Positions 27,742 to 37,241 of a stretch of DNA of 64,000 nucleotides are shown here, piece after piece. Position 1 is the stretch's first letter, and the number at the start of each line of letters is the position of its first letter. Both the position numbers and the translations under genes were made by a program. Under the pieces are notes generated by a model that was given only the letters and a program-made list of their open reading frames with translations, was not told the DNA's origin and searched no databases. Origin of the DNA: an uncultured delta proteobacterium (lineage in GTDB: Bacteria; Bdellovibrionota; FAC87; UBA2466); contig CAVZSV010000004.1 in NCBI GenBank assembly GCA_963778115.1, forward strand, positions 2,016,001 to 2,080,000, in the 5' to 3' direction.

Positions 27742-28268
27742 TGACGTTAGCAGCTTGGATAGTACTGGTATCAGCACCATTAGCGATGCTTATCATTCAC
27801 GCGATGCTAAATCGAATAGCGTTCAAAAAGTTATCCACACAAAAGATCGCCATATTTAGTAGCCTCGCCGGCGCGGTTATTGCTTCGTGCGCAAGCCATC
27901 TCTTGGCTCCCCATGCTTCACTTATTTTTCTATTCACGATCAGCGTTGGAGTTGCGCATGTCTATTTTCACTTTTTTAACATGAGCGAAACGGCGAGACG
28001 AATTCGTATTTTAGTTGATCTCTACGGTGAGAAGTCACAGCAAGCGGAGGAAAAATATTCGACTGAAGCCATGATATCGGTTCGAATCGATCGCCTTGAG
28101 AAATGGGGTGCTCTCGGTAGAGAGGCCGTAGGCTACCGCGCGCTTCCTACCCTTATTCTAGCAATCTCGATAGCTCTGAATTATTATGAGAAGTTATTGT
28201 TTCCAAAACGAAGAGAGGGTTCTACTACGGCTGTTCCGGTTCGGGTTTCGCGCCAGAAACTTTCGTGA
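27741..28268 (+). CDS. Hypothetical membrane protein with a layout similar to the upstream ORF
   Basis: TAATG stop/start overlap at 27739-27743; 3 TM; FNMSETARRIRIL…RIDRLEKWG. Confidence 0.65.
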   Translation: MTLAAWIVLVSAPLAMLIIHAMLNRIAFKKLSTQKIAIFSSLAGAVIASCASHLLAPHASLIFLFTISVGVAHVYFHFFNMSETARRIRILVDLYGEKSQQAEEKYSTEAMISVRIDRLEKWGALGREAVGYRALPTLILAISIALNYYEKLLFPKRREGSTTAVPVRVSRQKLS

Positions 28269-29851
28269 AATTTACGGAAACGTCGGCGATTCGCTTTAAG
28301 TATCCCAACAGATCAAGATGCACCGAAGTGGTATCCAACGTCTCTTTGACACCTTTATGTAGACGCTGCACGTGCTGCTCGCTGAGGTCCAACATCATGT
28401 CCTCGATCTGCTGGTGCTGAATAATTATCTTGGCGTAAAGAGTTCTTCCGCCAGAGGTAAAATACGCCGTGGACAAGCGTAAACACTCAACCACTTTGGC
28501 ATGAAACGAAGTGATCTCTCGCCAGCCCTCACGAGAGAACGAATACCCCTTCTTCTTGCTCTTTCTGACCAGTTCGAGAATATTTTTATCGACGATATCC
28601 CCTATATTTTCTAAATCATTAGTTCGTAGCAATAACTCAAACTCTTTCTGAACCTGTTCAGGCGTCATTTCATTCTGTGAAAGCTTGGTAAGATAGAGCT
28701 TAATTCCACGGTTCAAGTAATCGACGACTTGATCCATGGCTTTCAACGACTCGATTTCTTTCTGTTCGCCGGATCCAAAAAGATGAATGCACCGCTCGAG
28801 CATTTGTTCCACGGTGTCAGCAAGGCGTAACGTTTCTCTCTGCGCCTGAGCCAGAGCCAGTTCTGGCGTATCCAAGGAACGGGGATCCAAATAATGAAAA
28901 TTAAACGGACCGTCGCCAGTCTTATCAGGGACCAACTTCCTAACTATCCTCACCCCCAATGGGATGAACGGAAAGAAGATGACAGCGACAAAAATGTTAA
29001 ACAAGGTATGAGTGTGGGCGATTTGTCGGGAGATGTCAGGACCGGCAAAGTGTACCGCCACGATGGCCAGATACTTGGCAAAGGGATAACAGATCGCGAC
29101 TCCGACCGCTTTACTCAGGAGATTGGCTAAAGCTGCTTGTTTGCCTTGAACCCCTCCTTTCAAACTCGCAAAATAGGCGGTAGTCGTCGTGCCGAGATTG
29201 GCGCCCAATACCCATGGAATCGCCTCCATAATAGTGCCGTTGCGGGCAATCATCAGCGACATGACAAAGGCGATGGTCGCCGAACTACTTTTAATCAGTG
29301 ACGTTAGGGCAGCACTGATAAAGAGCGATACGATAGGCCGGTCCTTAAAATAGTTAATAACGAATTGGAAAAGTTCGTTGGTCTCAAGTGCTTGCCCCGC
29401 TGAAACTAGTATCCCCATGGAAAAGAAGAGAAGACCGAGAAACAAAAAGATCCGTGAAATATGGTAGGACCGATCGGTATCGGAAAACGATCCCAAAAAC
29501 ACTCCGGCGGCCACGATGAGCAAACCATATTCCAGAACGTGGAAGGCGAATAATTGAACGATAAAGGTGGTGCCGACCGCGGCCCCCAACATCACGGAAA
29601 AGACTTGATCTCAGGGTCAAGAGCTGGGCACTGGTTAGGCCCACAAGCATAACCGTGACGGCACTACTGCTACTTAGGAGGAGGGAAAGAAAAATCCCAA
29701 GAAGAATTCCCGTGAACCGATTATCGGCGAATGCATTGATCCAGACCCTTAGTCTCGAGCCTGCCAGGTATTGGACATGGTGAGACAGCTCGTCTATCGA
29801 ATAGACGAGGATCGCCGATCCTCCCAATAGGTTCATTAATTCTGGACTCAC
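28225..29851 (-). pseudogene. Na/Pi cotransporter family protein with PhoU domains, frameshifted by one extra base near 29608 (real lesion or sequence error)
   Basis: N-terminal frame has SSSAVTVMLVGL…LTLR; second frame continues QVFSVMLGAAVGTT, SSSAT, LGANLGTT, DLENIGD; total length 1627 = 3n+1. Confidence 0.8.
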
Positions 29852-29880
29852 CTAAACTCCCTGTAAAAGGAACGTCGCTA

Positions 29881-31023
29881 TTACCCTAAGATAGCGCTAA
29901 CAAATTGATCGGGCTCAAAAGGAATGAGATCCTCCATCGACTCGCCTACCCCGATATAGCGGACCGGCAATTCCAACTCCGAGCTGACTGCCAACATCGC
30001 GCCCCCCTTTGCAGTGCCATCCAGTTTGGTAACTATGACACCCGTCAAATCGAGAGCTTTTTTAAACTCTTTAGCCTGTTGGATCGAATTTTGCCCCAAT
30101 GTCCCGTCGAGAATAAGCCAAACTTCGTGAGGAGCCTCGGGAATCACTTTTTTCAAAACCCTATCCACTTTCTTAAGCTCGTCCATCAGGCTCGATTTGG
30201 TATGTAAGCGACCCGCGGTGTCGAGCAGAACGACATCAACCTCGCGAGCCTTTGCCGCGGTCGCGGCATCGAAAGCGACAGCACCCGGATCGGCGCCTTC
30301 ACGACCTGTCACAAATTGAGTTCCCACCCGGTCTGACCAGATTTTCAACTGGGAAATGGCGGCCGCCCTGAATGTATCGCCAGCTCCTAGGAGGACAGAC
30401 TTTCCTTGAGACTTAAAATGGTGTGCCAGCTTTCCTATCGTGGTCGTCTTTCCAACGCCATTGACGCCCACAATCTCGATGACATAGGGTTTCGGCTTTC
30501 CGGTGAGGTCAAAGGGATTGCTTTCGCTCTTTGCCAGTAAACGCCGGCTCTCTTCGAGCACCAAAGTCCGGATCGACTCGCCTTTCTGACTTTCTTTCAT
30601 TCTTTCGCGAACCCGATTCAATAGCGCGGTCGTCGTGGTAATCCCCACGTCGGCCCCTAAGAACGCCTCTTCCACCGACTCCCATTCCTGGGCCTGAAGC
30701 TCTCTCTCCCCAGGCCCTTTCAGGTTAAAAAGCCCTTCGATCTTGCCTAGGAATGAGTTGCGCGTCTTCGATAACTTTTGAGCTAACCTGCGAGTACTTT
30801 GTTCTTCTTTACTCAGAGCGGTGGGAACAGGTGCCGGCTCAACCTTTGACTCTACTTTTGACTCTAGAGGCGGAACGACCGCCTTCGGTTTCAGTATGGC
30901 TTGGGTTTCAGAGGGTCTCTCAGCGCCCGGTAACGAACGACGTCGTTTTCTTACCACTACCAGCAACAAAACGATGACCACTACCGCTGCTACCACAATC
31001 GCTATAAGAGTCCCTGTTTCCAT
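29881..31023 (-). CDS. ftsY: Signal recognition particle receptor FtsY, with N-terminal TM
   Basis: GVNGVGKTTTIGKLA, GDTFRAAA, DTAGRLH, TKLDGTAKGG, GVGE. Confidence 0.97.
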   Translation of the reverse strand: METGTLIAIVVAAVVVIVLLLVVVRKRRRSLPGAERPSETQAILKPKAVVPPLESKVESKVEPAPVPTALSKEEQSTRRLAQKLSKTRNSFLGKIEGLFNLKGPGERELQAQEWESVEEAFLGADVGITTTTALLNRVRERMKESQKGESIRTLVLEESRRLLAKSESNPFDLTGKPKPYVIEIVGVNGVGKTTTIGKLAHHFKSQGKSVLLGAGDTFRAAAISQLKIWSDRVGTQFVTGREGADPGAVAFDAATAAKAREVDVVLLDTAGRLHTKSSLMDELKKVDRVLKKVIPEAPHEVWLILDGTLGQNSIQQAKEFKKALDLTGVIVTKLDGTAKGGAMLAVSSELELPVRYIGVGESMEDLIPFEPDQFVSAILG

Positions 31024-31064
31024 CAAATCTGTTTACCTTAGCGGACTAGGAATGAGAACTCCCT

Positions 31065-32495
31065 TCATGATGCTAATGGTATTTCTGGTTCTTGACTGCT
31101 CTCAGGCGCAATCGCTTCCGCGATGGGGACAGGGGGCGGACTGGAGACCTCTAGACTCTCCAAATAGCGGTAGATAGTCCTAGGATGAACGCCCAAAAGA
31201 CGTGCTGCCAGCTTTTTGTCTCCTTTGGTCGTTCGCAAGGTTTCTTCCATTAACATTCTTTCCACCTGTTTGAGTGGAATCCCAACGGGGACCACTACCG
31301 ATTTCTCCCGAGGCCTCCCGCCAATTTCCGGAGGCAAATCGTCGATGCCGATAACACCGGTGCGGTTGAGGACCACAAAGCGTTCGATCAAATTCTGAAG
31401 TTCTCTTATATTTCCTGGCCAAGCATACGCGGTTAAACACTCCAGTGCATCTGAGTGTAATAGCGGGGTAGGCCTTCCATTCTTCTTGGCAGAATCTTCA
31501 ATAAATCTTTGCGCCAAGATAGGAATATCTTCCGACCTGTCCCTTAAGGGAGGGACCAAAATATGGACTACATTGAGACGGTAATAGAGATCCTCTCTCA
31601 TCCGCCCCTCTTGAATGGCACGCTTTAAGTCCGTATTCGTCGCACTGATTACTCTGGTGCTCACTTTCAAAGTTTCGTTGCTACCCAGTCGTTCAAATTC
31701 GCCTTCTTGTAAAAATCGTAATAGTTTGGTTTGAAAAGTAAGCGGAGCAATTCCTACCTCATCGAGGAAAAGAGTCCCTTCTTGCGCCAGTTCTATCCTT
31801 CCCTTTTTTCGTTTGGTGGCGCCCGTAAAAGCACCCGGCTCATAACCAAATAACTCGGCTTCTAGAAGATTATCGGGAATCGCAGTGCAATTGATCTTTA
31901 CGAAGATTCCACTCTGCCTGTCACTGTTTCGATGCAGATACTCGGCAAGTACTCCCTTACCAGTGCCGCTTTCGCCTTCGATAAGAACATTAGCTCTGCT
32001 TCGGGCCGCTTGTTTGGCAATGTCCATCATCTTGCGGACCGCCTCCGACTTACCGATGACGTTAGTGGACTCTGGCGTAATATTAGCTTTAAGCTCTTCC
32101 TTCAGACTTAAATTCTCGTGAACTAAGCTGCGTCTCTCCAAGGCACGGTGGACCGATTTTAGTACCTGCAAACGTTGCAGAGGCTTAGTGATAAAATCGT
32201 AGGCCCCCTTTTTCATCGCGTCTACGGCCAACTCCACGGTCCCGTAAGCGGTAATGAGAATCACCTCCACGGAGGGATTTACGATCTTTGAAGCTTCTAA
32301 GAGCTCAAGGCCGTTGAGCGAATTCATTCTTAAATCGGTCATCAGAATATCCGTTGAGCCTTGTCGCAGATTCAACAAAGCGTCGTGCGGATTTTGAAAT
32401 GTCTGAACTTGGGCTCCATCACTGCGCAGAATTCTTTCGAGCGATTCTAAGTTCGCCGGTTCATCGTCGACGATTACAATTCGATAATTCCCCAT
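31065..32495 (-). CDS. NtrC-family sigma54-dependent response regulator
   Basis: REC domain, GESGTGK, ELFGYEPGAFTGA, LFLDEV, DLYYRLNV, WPGNIREL, Fis-type HTH. Confidence 0.95.
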   Translation of the reverse strand: MGNYRIVIVDDEPANLESLERILRSDGAQVQTFQNPHDALLNLRQGSTDILMTDLRMNSLNGLELLEASKIVNPSVEVILITAYGTVELAVDAMKKGAYDFITKPLQRLQVLKSVHRALERRSLVHENLSLKEELKANITPESTNVIGKSEAVRKMMDIAKQAARSRANVLIEGESGTGKGVLAEYLHRNSDRQSGIFVKINCTAIPDNLLEAELFGYEPGAFTGATKRKKGRIELAQEGTLFLDEVGIAPLTFQTKLLRFLQEGEFERLGSNETLKVSTRVISATNTDLKRAIQEGRMREDLYYRLNVVHILVPPLRDRSEDIPILAQRFIEDSAKKNGRPTPLLHSDALECLTAYAWPGNIRELQNLIERFVVLNRTGVIGIDDLPPEIGGRPREKSVVVPVGIPLKQVERMLMEETLRTTKGDKKLAARLLGVHPRTIYRYLESLEVSSPPPVPIAEAIAPESSQEPEIPLAS

Positions 32496-32510
32496 ATGGC
32501 TCTCCTAAGG

Positions 32511-33965
32511 CTAAACCGGAAATTGGAAAGTAAAAGTAGTACCTTCACCTATCTGACTCTCACATTGAACACTCCCTTGGGCTTCCTCTACGATCGACTT
32601 GGTTAGTGCGAGTCCAAGGCCTGTACCGTTGGGTTTTGTGGTGTAAAAGGCGTGAAAGGTTTGGCTTCGAATGGCGTCATTCATGCCGTACCCGGAATCG
32701 CTGAATTGAATCCGGTAGACATTCTCTTTGACTTCCGTTCGCACAAGCAATTTTCCTCCGCGTGGCATTGCTTCTCTTGCATTCTTAATCACATTGAGAA
32801 AAGCTTGTTTCAGGCGGGATCTATCACTTTTGACAAAAATTTCGTGCTGGGTGAGAAGTGCTTCGACATGAATATTTCGAGCACGATCTTCCTCTTTCGA
32901 AAAATCAAGAATCTCCCGCAATAAATCATTCACCGCGGTTTTTTGACCATCCTGAGGAGGGACTCTGGCTCTTACCAAATAACTCTCGGTAATCTGATTT
33001 AGCCGTTCTATTTCTCGGGAAATGCTCCGTAACGTTTTAGAAATCTCAGGATGCACATGGTTGAGTTCGTTTTCTAGCCAGTCTATGTTGAGACAAATGG
33101 AATTCAGTGGATTTCGAATTTCATGCACGACTTCGGCGGAGAGCTGCCCCACGGCCGCAAGTCGTTCCGCTTTTAGCAACTCCGTCTGCTGCGCATGAAT
33201 CTTACGATCCCTTTCCTGAAGACCCGCCAGCATTCGATTATATTCGCGAGCCAATAAGGATACTTCGTCTTGGTCCGAAACATTTACTTTTAAGCTCTGG
33301 TTGAAATCTCCATCGGCGATTTTTTTTATACTGCTGATTAATAGCGGCAAAGGCTCTAACACCCTGTGAGAAAAGAAAAAGGTAAACGACCCGAGAAGAA
33401 TCGTGAGCACGCACAAAAAGAGGCTCGACATCAGGCTCTGGCGCCCCTCATTTTGCGCCGATAAAGTTATCCTCTGACATTCATCGTCGACGCGCTTGGA
33501 GATAGCAGCCAATTGAAGTTTCAGCAAAGCCGAGGTGGATTCAAATTGCGCTTTGTCCGTTATGCCAGTGAGCTTAGCGAAAGTGATTCTCACTTGCCCA
33601 ACCATGCCGTTGAGATCGTTGAAAGTTTGTTGAAAGTCGTGATTTTCTTCTTTGGACAATATCCGTTCGAGGGAGGCGAAACGCTTGTAAACCAGATAGG
33701 GATAGATATCTCGCACCATGCGCGAGAAATTTCCCCCGTCCGAGGTTGGCTCGTTCTGAAAATAGACCCGACGCATGTCCTCGGCGACCGAAAAGATATT
33801 CCCTTGAAGCTGAACCACCATCCGAGAGAAGGGCAGAAAGAACTCATTTACCAACTGAAGACGAGCGTTGGCCTGACGAAATCGAGCGTAGTTATAAGCA
33901 GAGACGCCGATAAACAGCGAAAGAATAGCAAGAAAGCAGGCCACTACCTTGGTTCGGATGCTCAT
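32511..33965 (-). CDS. Membrane sensor histidine kinase (HAMP-HisKA-HATPase)
   Basis: Two TM segments, HAMP, HEIRNPL, NVIKNA, DSGYG, FYTTK.NGTGLGL. Confidence 0.95.
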   Translation of the reverse strand: MSIRTKVVACFLAILSLFIGVSAYNYARFRQANARLQLVNEFFLPFSRMVVQLQGNIFSVAEDMRRVYFQNEPTSDGGNFSRMVRDIYPYLVYKRFASLERILSKEENHDFQQTFNDLNGMVGQVRITFAKLTGITDKAQFESTSALLKLQLAAISKRVDDECQRITLSAQNEGRQSLMSSLFLCVLTILLGSFTFFFSHRVLEPLPLLISSIKKIADGDFNQSLKVNVSDQDEVSLLAREYNRMLAGLQERDRKIHAQQTELLKAERLAAVGQLSAEVVHEIRNPLNSICLNIDWLENELNHVHPEISKTLRSISREIERLNQITESYLVRARVPPQDGQKTAVNDLLREILDFSKEEDRARNIHVEALLTQHEIFVKSDRSRLKQAFLNVIKNAREAMPRGGKLLVRTEVKENVYRIQFSDSGYGMNDAIRSQTFHAFYTTKPNGTGLGLALTKSIVEEAQGSVQCESQIGEGTTFTFQFPV

Positions 33966-34080
33966 AGTGATTGGGGATTCGGTAAAGAAGCGTAAAAACG
34001 CGAGAAGGAAAGACTACCTCTATTTTACACCGTCTCAATAATTGCATCTATAAGTATCAAGAAGTGATCCCTTGGTGTTC

Positions 34081-34113
34081 AAAAAAAAGAAAGCCGTTCC
34101 TTTGGGAACGGCT
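34081..34113 (-). terminator. Rho-independent terminator of the OMP gene
   Basis: Minus strand AGCCGTTCC-CAAA-GGAACGGCT followed by TTCTTTTTTTT. Confidence 0.85.
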
Positions 34114-34145
34114 CTCTATTCGGGTAAAGTTGGGACCTGTAAAGC

Positions 34146-34958
34146 TTAGAACGCGAGACGGACCGCACCGCCAAACTCGACTCCGTCTCCGGAATTCAAC
34201 GTATCACTGACATAACCACTAATATCGAATCTGCCGAACGTTAATCCGAGACGACCTTGGAGTTGGCTTTCTGCGGCTAACATGAGGTAATTATAACCCG
34301 CGGCGGCATAAAGCATATTTCCTTGCATCGTTATGAAAGCGCCGAGATCGTAATCACTGAAGTTGTTAAGATTATTGAACGTGGCATCGACCTCAACACG
34401 GGTCATTTGATTGAAACCCCAACCCACTGCGGCAGTTCCCGTCTGAGTATTTCCACCCGCTTGATTGATCGTCGTATTGACGGCGACACCGGTAGTGAAT
34501 CCCATTCGCTTGTCACCGTTCCAGGTCAGTGTTCCGCCAACGATTCCGTCGTTGGTCTGATTCACGTCAATCGAACGACTAGCCGCAACTCCGACGGTAA
34601 TGTGCTCATGATCGAGTGCCACACCCATACCGGCCCCGACAGAATCCGATTTTTCAGCGGTATTTGTTAAACTGGTTCCCGTTCGGGTCACGTCGACTCC
34701 AAATCCGAAATTTCCGCCTCCGTAAACGACGGAAGGCGTCAAGCTTTGATCCGTAGTTCCACTATTGGTTTGAGTGGTATAGCTCATATCGACAGCAGTT
34801 CCCTTATCCAAGGCAAACTGGCCGGGGTTTACGAAACTGTTATGATCGGGAAAAAGAAATCCCAGACCACCGCGAGAGATAGTAGGTCCTCCGTACGCCT
34901 GTCCGACGGATGAAATTAATAAAGCGGCAAACGAAACCACAGATAATAGCTTTTTCAT
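34146..34958 (-). CDS. Outer-membrane beta-barrel protein
   Basis: Signal peptide MKKLL…GQA; Gly/Thr/Asn-rich amphipathic strands; C-terminal VRLAF; own terminator. Confidence 0.75.
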   Translation of the reverse strand: MKKLLSVVSFAALLISSVGQAYGGPTISRGGLGFLFPDHNSFVNPGQFALDKGTAVDMSYTTQTNSGTTDQSLTPSVVYGGGNFGFGVDVTRTGTSLTNTAEKSDSVGAGMGVALDHEHITVGVAASRSIDVNQTNDGIVGGTLTWNGDKRMGFTTGVAVNTTINQAGGNTQTGTAAVGWGFNQMTRVEVDATFNNLNNFSDYDLGAFITMQGNMLYAAAGYNYLMLAAESQLQGRLGLTFGRFDISGYVSDTLNSGDGVEFGGAVRLAF

Positions 34959-35096
34959 GAAAAGGCCCCCTGTACCCGAATGTGTTTGCAAAAAATAAAG
35001 GTCAGATAATTTCTAGAATGCTTATTAATTTTATTATTGTTTTGCAAAAATGTCGATACGTTGAAAATTGAGACCTTTATACACCGTTCCAAAAAC

Positions 35097-36371
35097 TCAC
35101 CCCGAAACAGCGGACGATTTTTCTCGTTTAACGGTGGATGAGGAGCTCTCTTTTGGCTGAATGGCTTCTTGGAGAAATTTTTCCAAGATGGTCTCTCTTC
35201 GGAAATTCTTAGCTGCATAGTCAGAATTTTTACGGGCAAACTCCCCAAGAACACCATTGCCTAACCGTTTAGCCTCACGGATAGCTTCCGCCAACTTCTC
35301 GGGTTGTCCATGTTCCACCTGAAATCCGTTCGGACACTCTTGCAATAGATCAGAAAGATGACTTTGCCGTGCACAGATCGCGACGAAAGGCCTTCCGCTG
35401 GCCAAAACCCCGTAGACTTTGGAAGTATGGACCAAACCGTTTACCTCGTTTCCCAAAACTACAACGTGAAGATTGGCCATCGACAACGAGGATCTTAATT
35501 TTTCGATCGGTTGAAACGGAAGTTGGGAAATATTGTCCAAGCCGTTATCAAGAACAAAGTTAGTCACCTCCTGCCTTCGCAATCCCCCACCGGCAAAGAC
35601 GAAATGAATATCCTTGTCTCGACGTAATAGCTTTGCGGCTTCGAGTAGTGTGCGAAGGGGATGAACCACGCTGTGATTTCCTGAGTAAAGAACTATAAAT
35701 TTATCTTCCCAACCTCTTTCCCTTCGAAATTCATTGTCGGGAGAGCCTAACGGCTCAGGATTAGGCCCGGGATTTTTTACCACCGGCCAGGGAGGGATCA
35801 CTAAAATTCTCTTCGGATCTATCCCGTGAGCCATAATGGTCTGCTTCATCCAACGATCTAGAACGATGATTCGGTCACTCGCTTTTAAGGTCGTCCGAAA
35901 GAGGCCCAGAAGAAATCTTGATACTAGCGAACCACGCTTAAGATAGCCCACGGCAATGGCGGCCTCTGGATTTATATCCATCAGCCACTGGACAAACTCT
36001 CCCCCCCGAAAAACATGATAGATCAGCCCAAAGATCCCCACTAACGGCGGAGAGGTTAAGCAGACAACGACATCATGCTTCGGAACGGTGAATATCTTTA
36101 TTAAAAGCATGAAGTCGAACGAAAGGGCATCGATCAACCGCCGCAAGAAACTCGTTTTCCCAAATCCCGTGGAACTAATACGATAAATCTCGATCCCTTG
36201 ATAGGTTTCGCGTTTTGAAAAAAGGCGATTGCGATCTTCGTAAGCTCTACGATCGGAGATAACAGAAACTTCGTGGCCGTTCTGGATAAAATAGTTCGCC
36301 GCATCTATCAAATGCTGTGCGGTCGCCACGCCGTCGGGATAGAAGGCTTGATTGATAAAAAGTATTTTCAT
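35097..36371 (-). CDS. Glycosyltransferase family 4 (WcaI-like)
   Basis: INQAFYPD, TSPP, WLMDINPE, LYSGN, PFQP, SKVYGVLASGRP. Confidence 0.9.
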   Translation of the reverse strand: MKILFINQAFYPDGVATAQHLIDAANYFIQNGHEVSVISDRRAYEDRNRLFSKRETYQGIEIYRISSTGFGKTSFLRRLIDALSFDFMLLIKIFTVPKHDVVVCLTSPPLVGIFGLIYHVFRGGEFVQWLMDINPEAAIAVGYLKRGSLVSRFLLGLFRTTLKASDRIIVLDRWMKQTIMAHGIDPKRILVIPPWPVVKNPGPNPEPLGSPDNEFRRERGWEDKFIVLYSGNHSVVHPLRTLLEAAKLLRRDKDIHFVFAGGGLRRQEVTNFVLDNGLDNISQLPFQPIEKLRSSLSMANLHVVVLGNEVNGLVHTSKVYGVLASGRPFVAICARQSHLSDLLQECPNGFQVEHGQPEKLAEAIREAKRLGNGVLGEFARKNSDYAAKNFRRETILEKFLQEAIQPKESSSSTVKREKSSAVSG

Positions 36372-36561
36372 GTTGAGCCATTGGGGCAGGAAGTTACCAT
36401 TATTTCACCGGATGATCCTTTTGGGAAGCTGGGGTTGTGTCCCAGATCACTTTTGGGAGCAGGAGCTTCGCCGTAACGCACCGAGAGAGCCTCGCCAATA
36501 AATCTAAAGTCCTATTTTGCCTCTTGGAGGAAAGGCCCGGATTACGCTATCTTCTGGAAAC

Positions 36562-37227
36562 ATGAAAACTCTTTGGATTGTTACGATTTTGTTCCTAAGC
36601 CTTTCCCGTTTAGCTTCGGCTGACCCACAACCACTTCCTGAGTTTCAGTTAGTGGATCAGGACGGGAAGGAATTTAAGCTGCACTCGCTCAAAGGCAATT
36701 ATGTTTTGATGTCATTCATTTACACTAGATGTCCGATGCCCGACATGTGTCCGCTCACCATCAAATTGAGCCGAGACCTTCTTCAGCAATGGAAGGCGCA
36801 ATCTTCCCTAGTGAAAAAAGGATTTCCCCTCAAATTGCTTGGGGTGACGCTGGAGCCTACTTTCGACACACCGGCAATTCTAAAGAAGTACATGAAAGAT
36901 CAAGACCTAGATCCCCAATATTTCACTTTTGTCACCGGAGATCCCCAAGCTTTATCCGACCTGGCCTCGGAGTTTAACGTTATCGGAGTGCCTAGCGGGG
37001 GAACGATAGCACACAACGTTAAAACAGAGCTTCTTAGTCCCCTTATGGTTCCTTTAGAAGAGTACAAGGATAATCAGTGGACCCCCGATCAGGTCCTTAG
37101 TCGAATGAGAAAATCGGTGGCGTGGTGGAAATGGTTTTTCATCGCGAGCGCATTTCTGGCGATACCCGGCATTTTGCTTTTAATAAGGCTACGCCGGTAT
37201 CAACTCGATGCTCCGCTGCCGGAATAG
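36562..37227 (+). CDS. SCO family copper chaperone; its last 34 aa resemble an AmpG terminal helix (see findings)
   Basis: FQLVDQDG, FIYTRCPMPDMCP, DTP..LK.Y, IAHN. Confidence 0.9.
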   Translation: MKTLWIVTILFLSLSRLASADPQPLPEFQLVDQDGKEFKLHSLKGNYVLMSFIYTRCPMPDMCPLTIKLSRDLLQQWKAQSSLVKKGFPLKLLGVTLEPTFDTPAILKKYMKDQDLDPQYFTFVTGDPQALSDLASEFNVIGVPSGGTIAHNVKTELLSPLMVPLEEYKDNQWTPDQVLSRMRKSVAWWKWFFIASAFLAIPGILLLIRLRRYQLDAPLPE

Positions 37228-37241
37228 ATCCTAGAACGCCA
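37118..37241. other. Apparent 112-bp inverted segment bounded by 6-bp inverted repeats
   Basis: TGGCGT (37118-37123) / ACGCCA (37236-37241); flipping 37124-37235 restores family-typical ends for both genes in frame. Confidence 0.75.

Noticed and set aside
27831..27839. Isolated perfect DnaA box TTATCCACA
   Set aside because: A single copy inside a CDS is compatible with chance; no cluster
29384..29851. Independent 155-aa gene or programmed frameshift
   Set aside because: It is the N-terminus of the Na/Pi cotransporter plus an out-of-frame tail; the CCCTGA present is not in the reading frame required for +1 recoding
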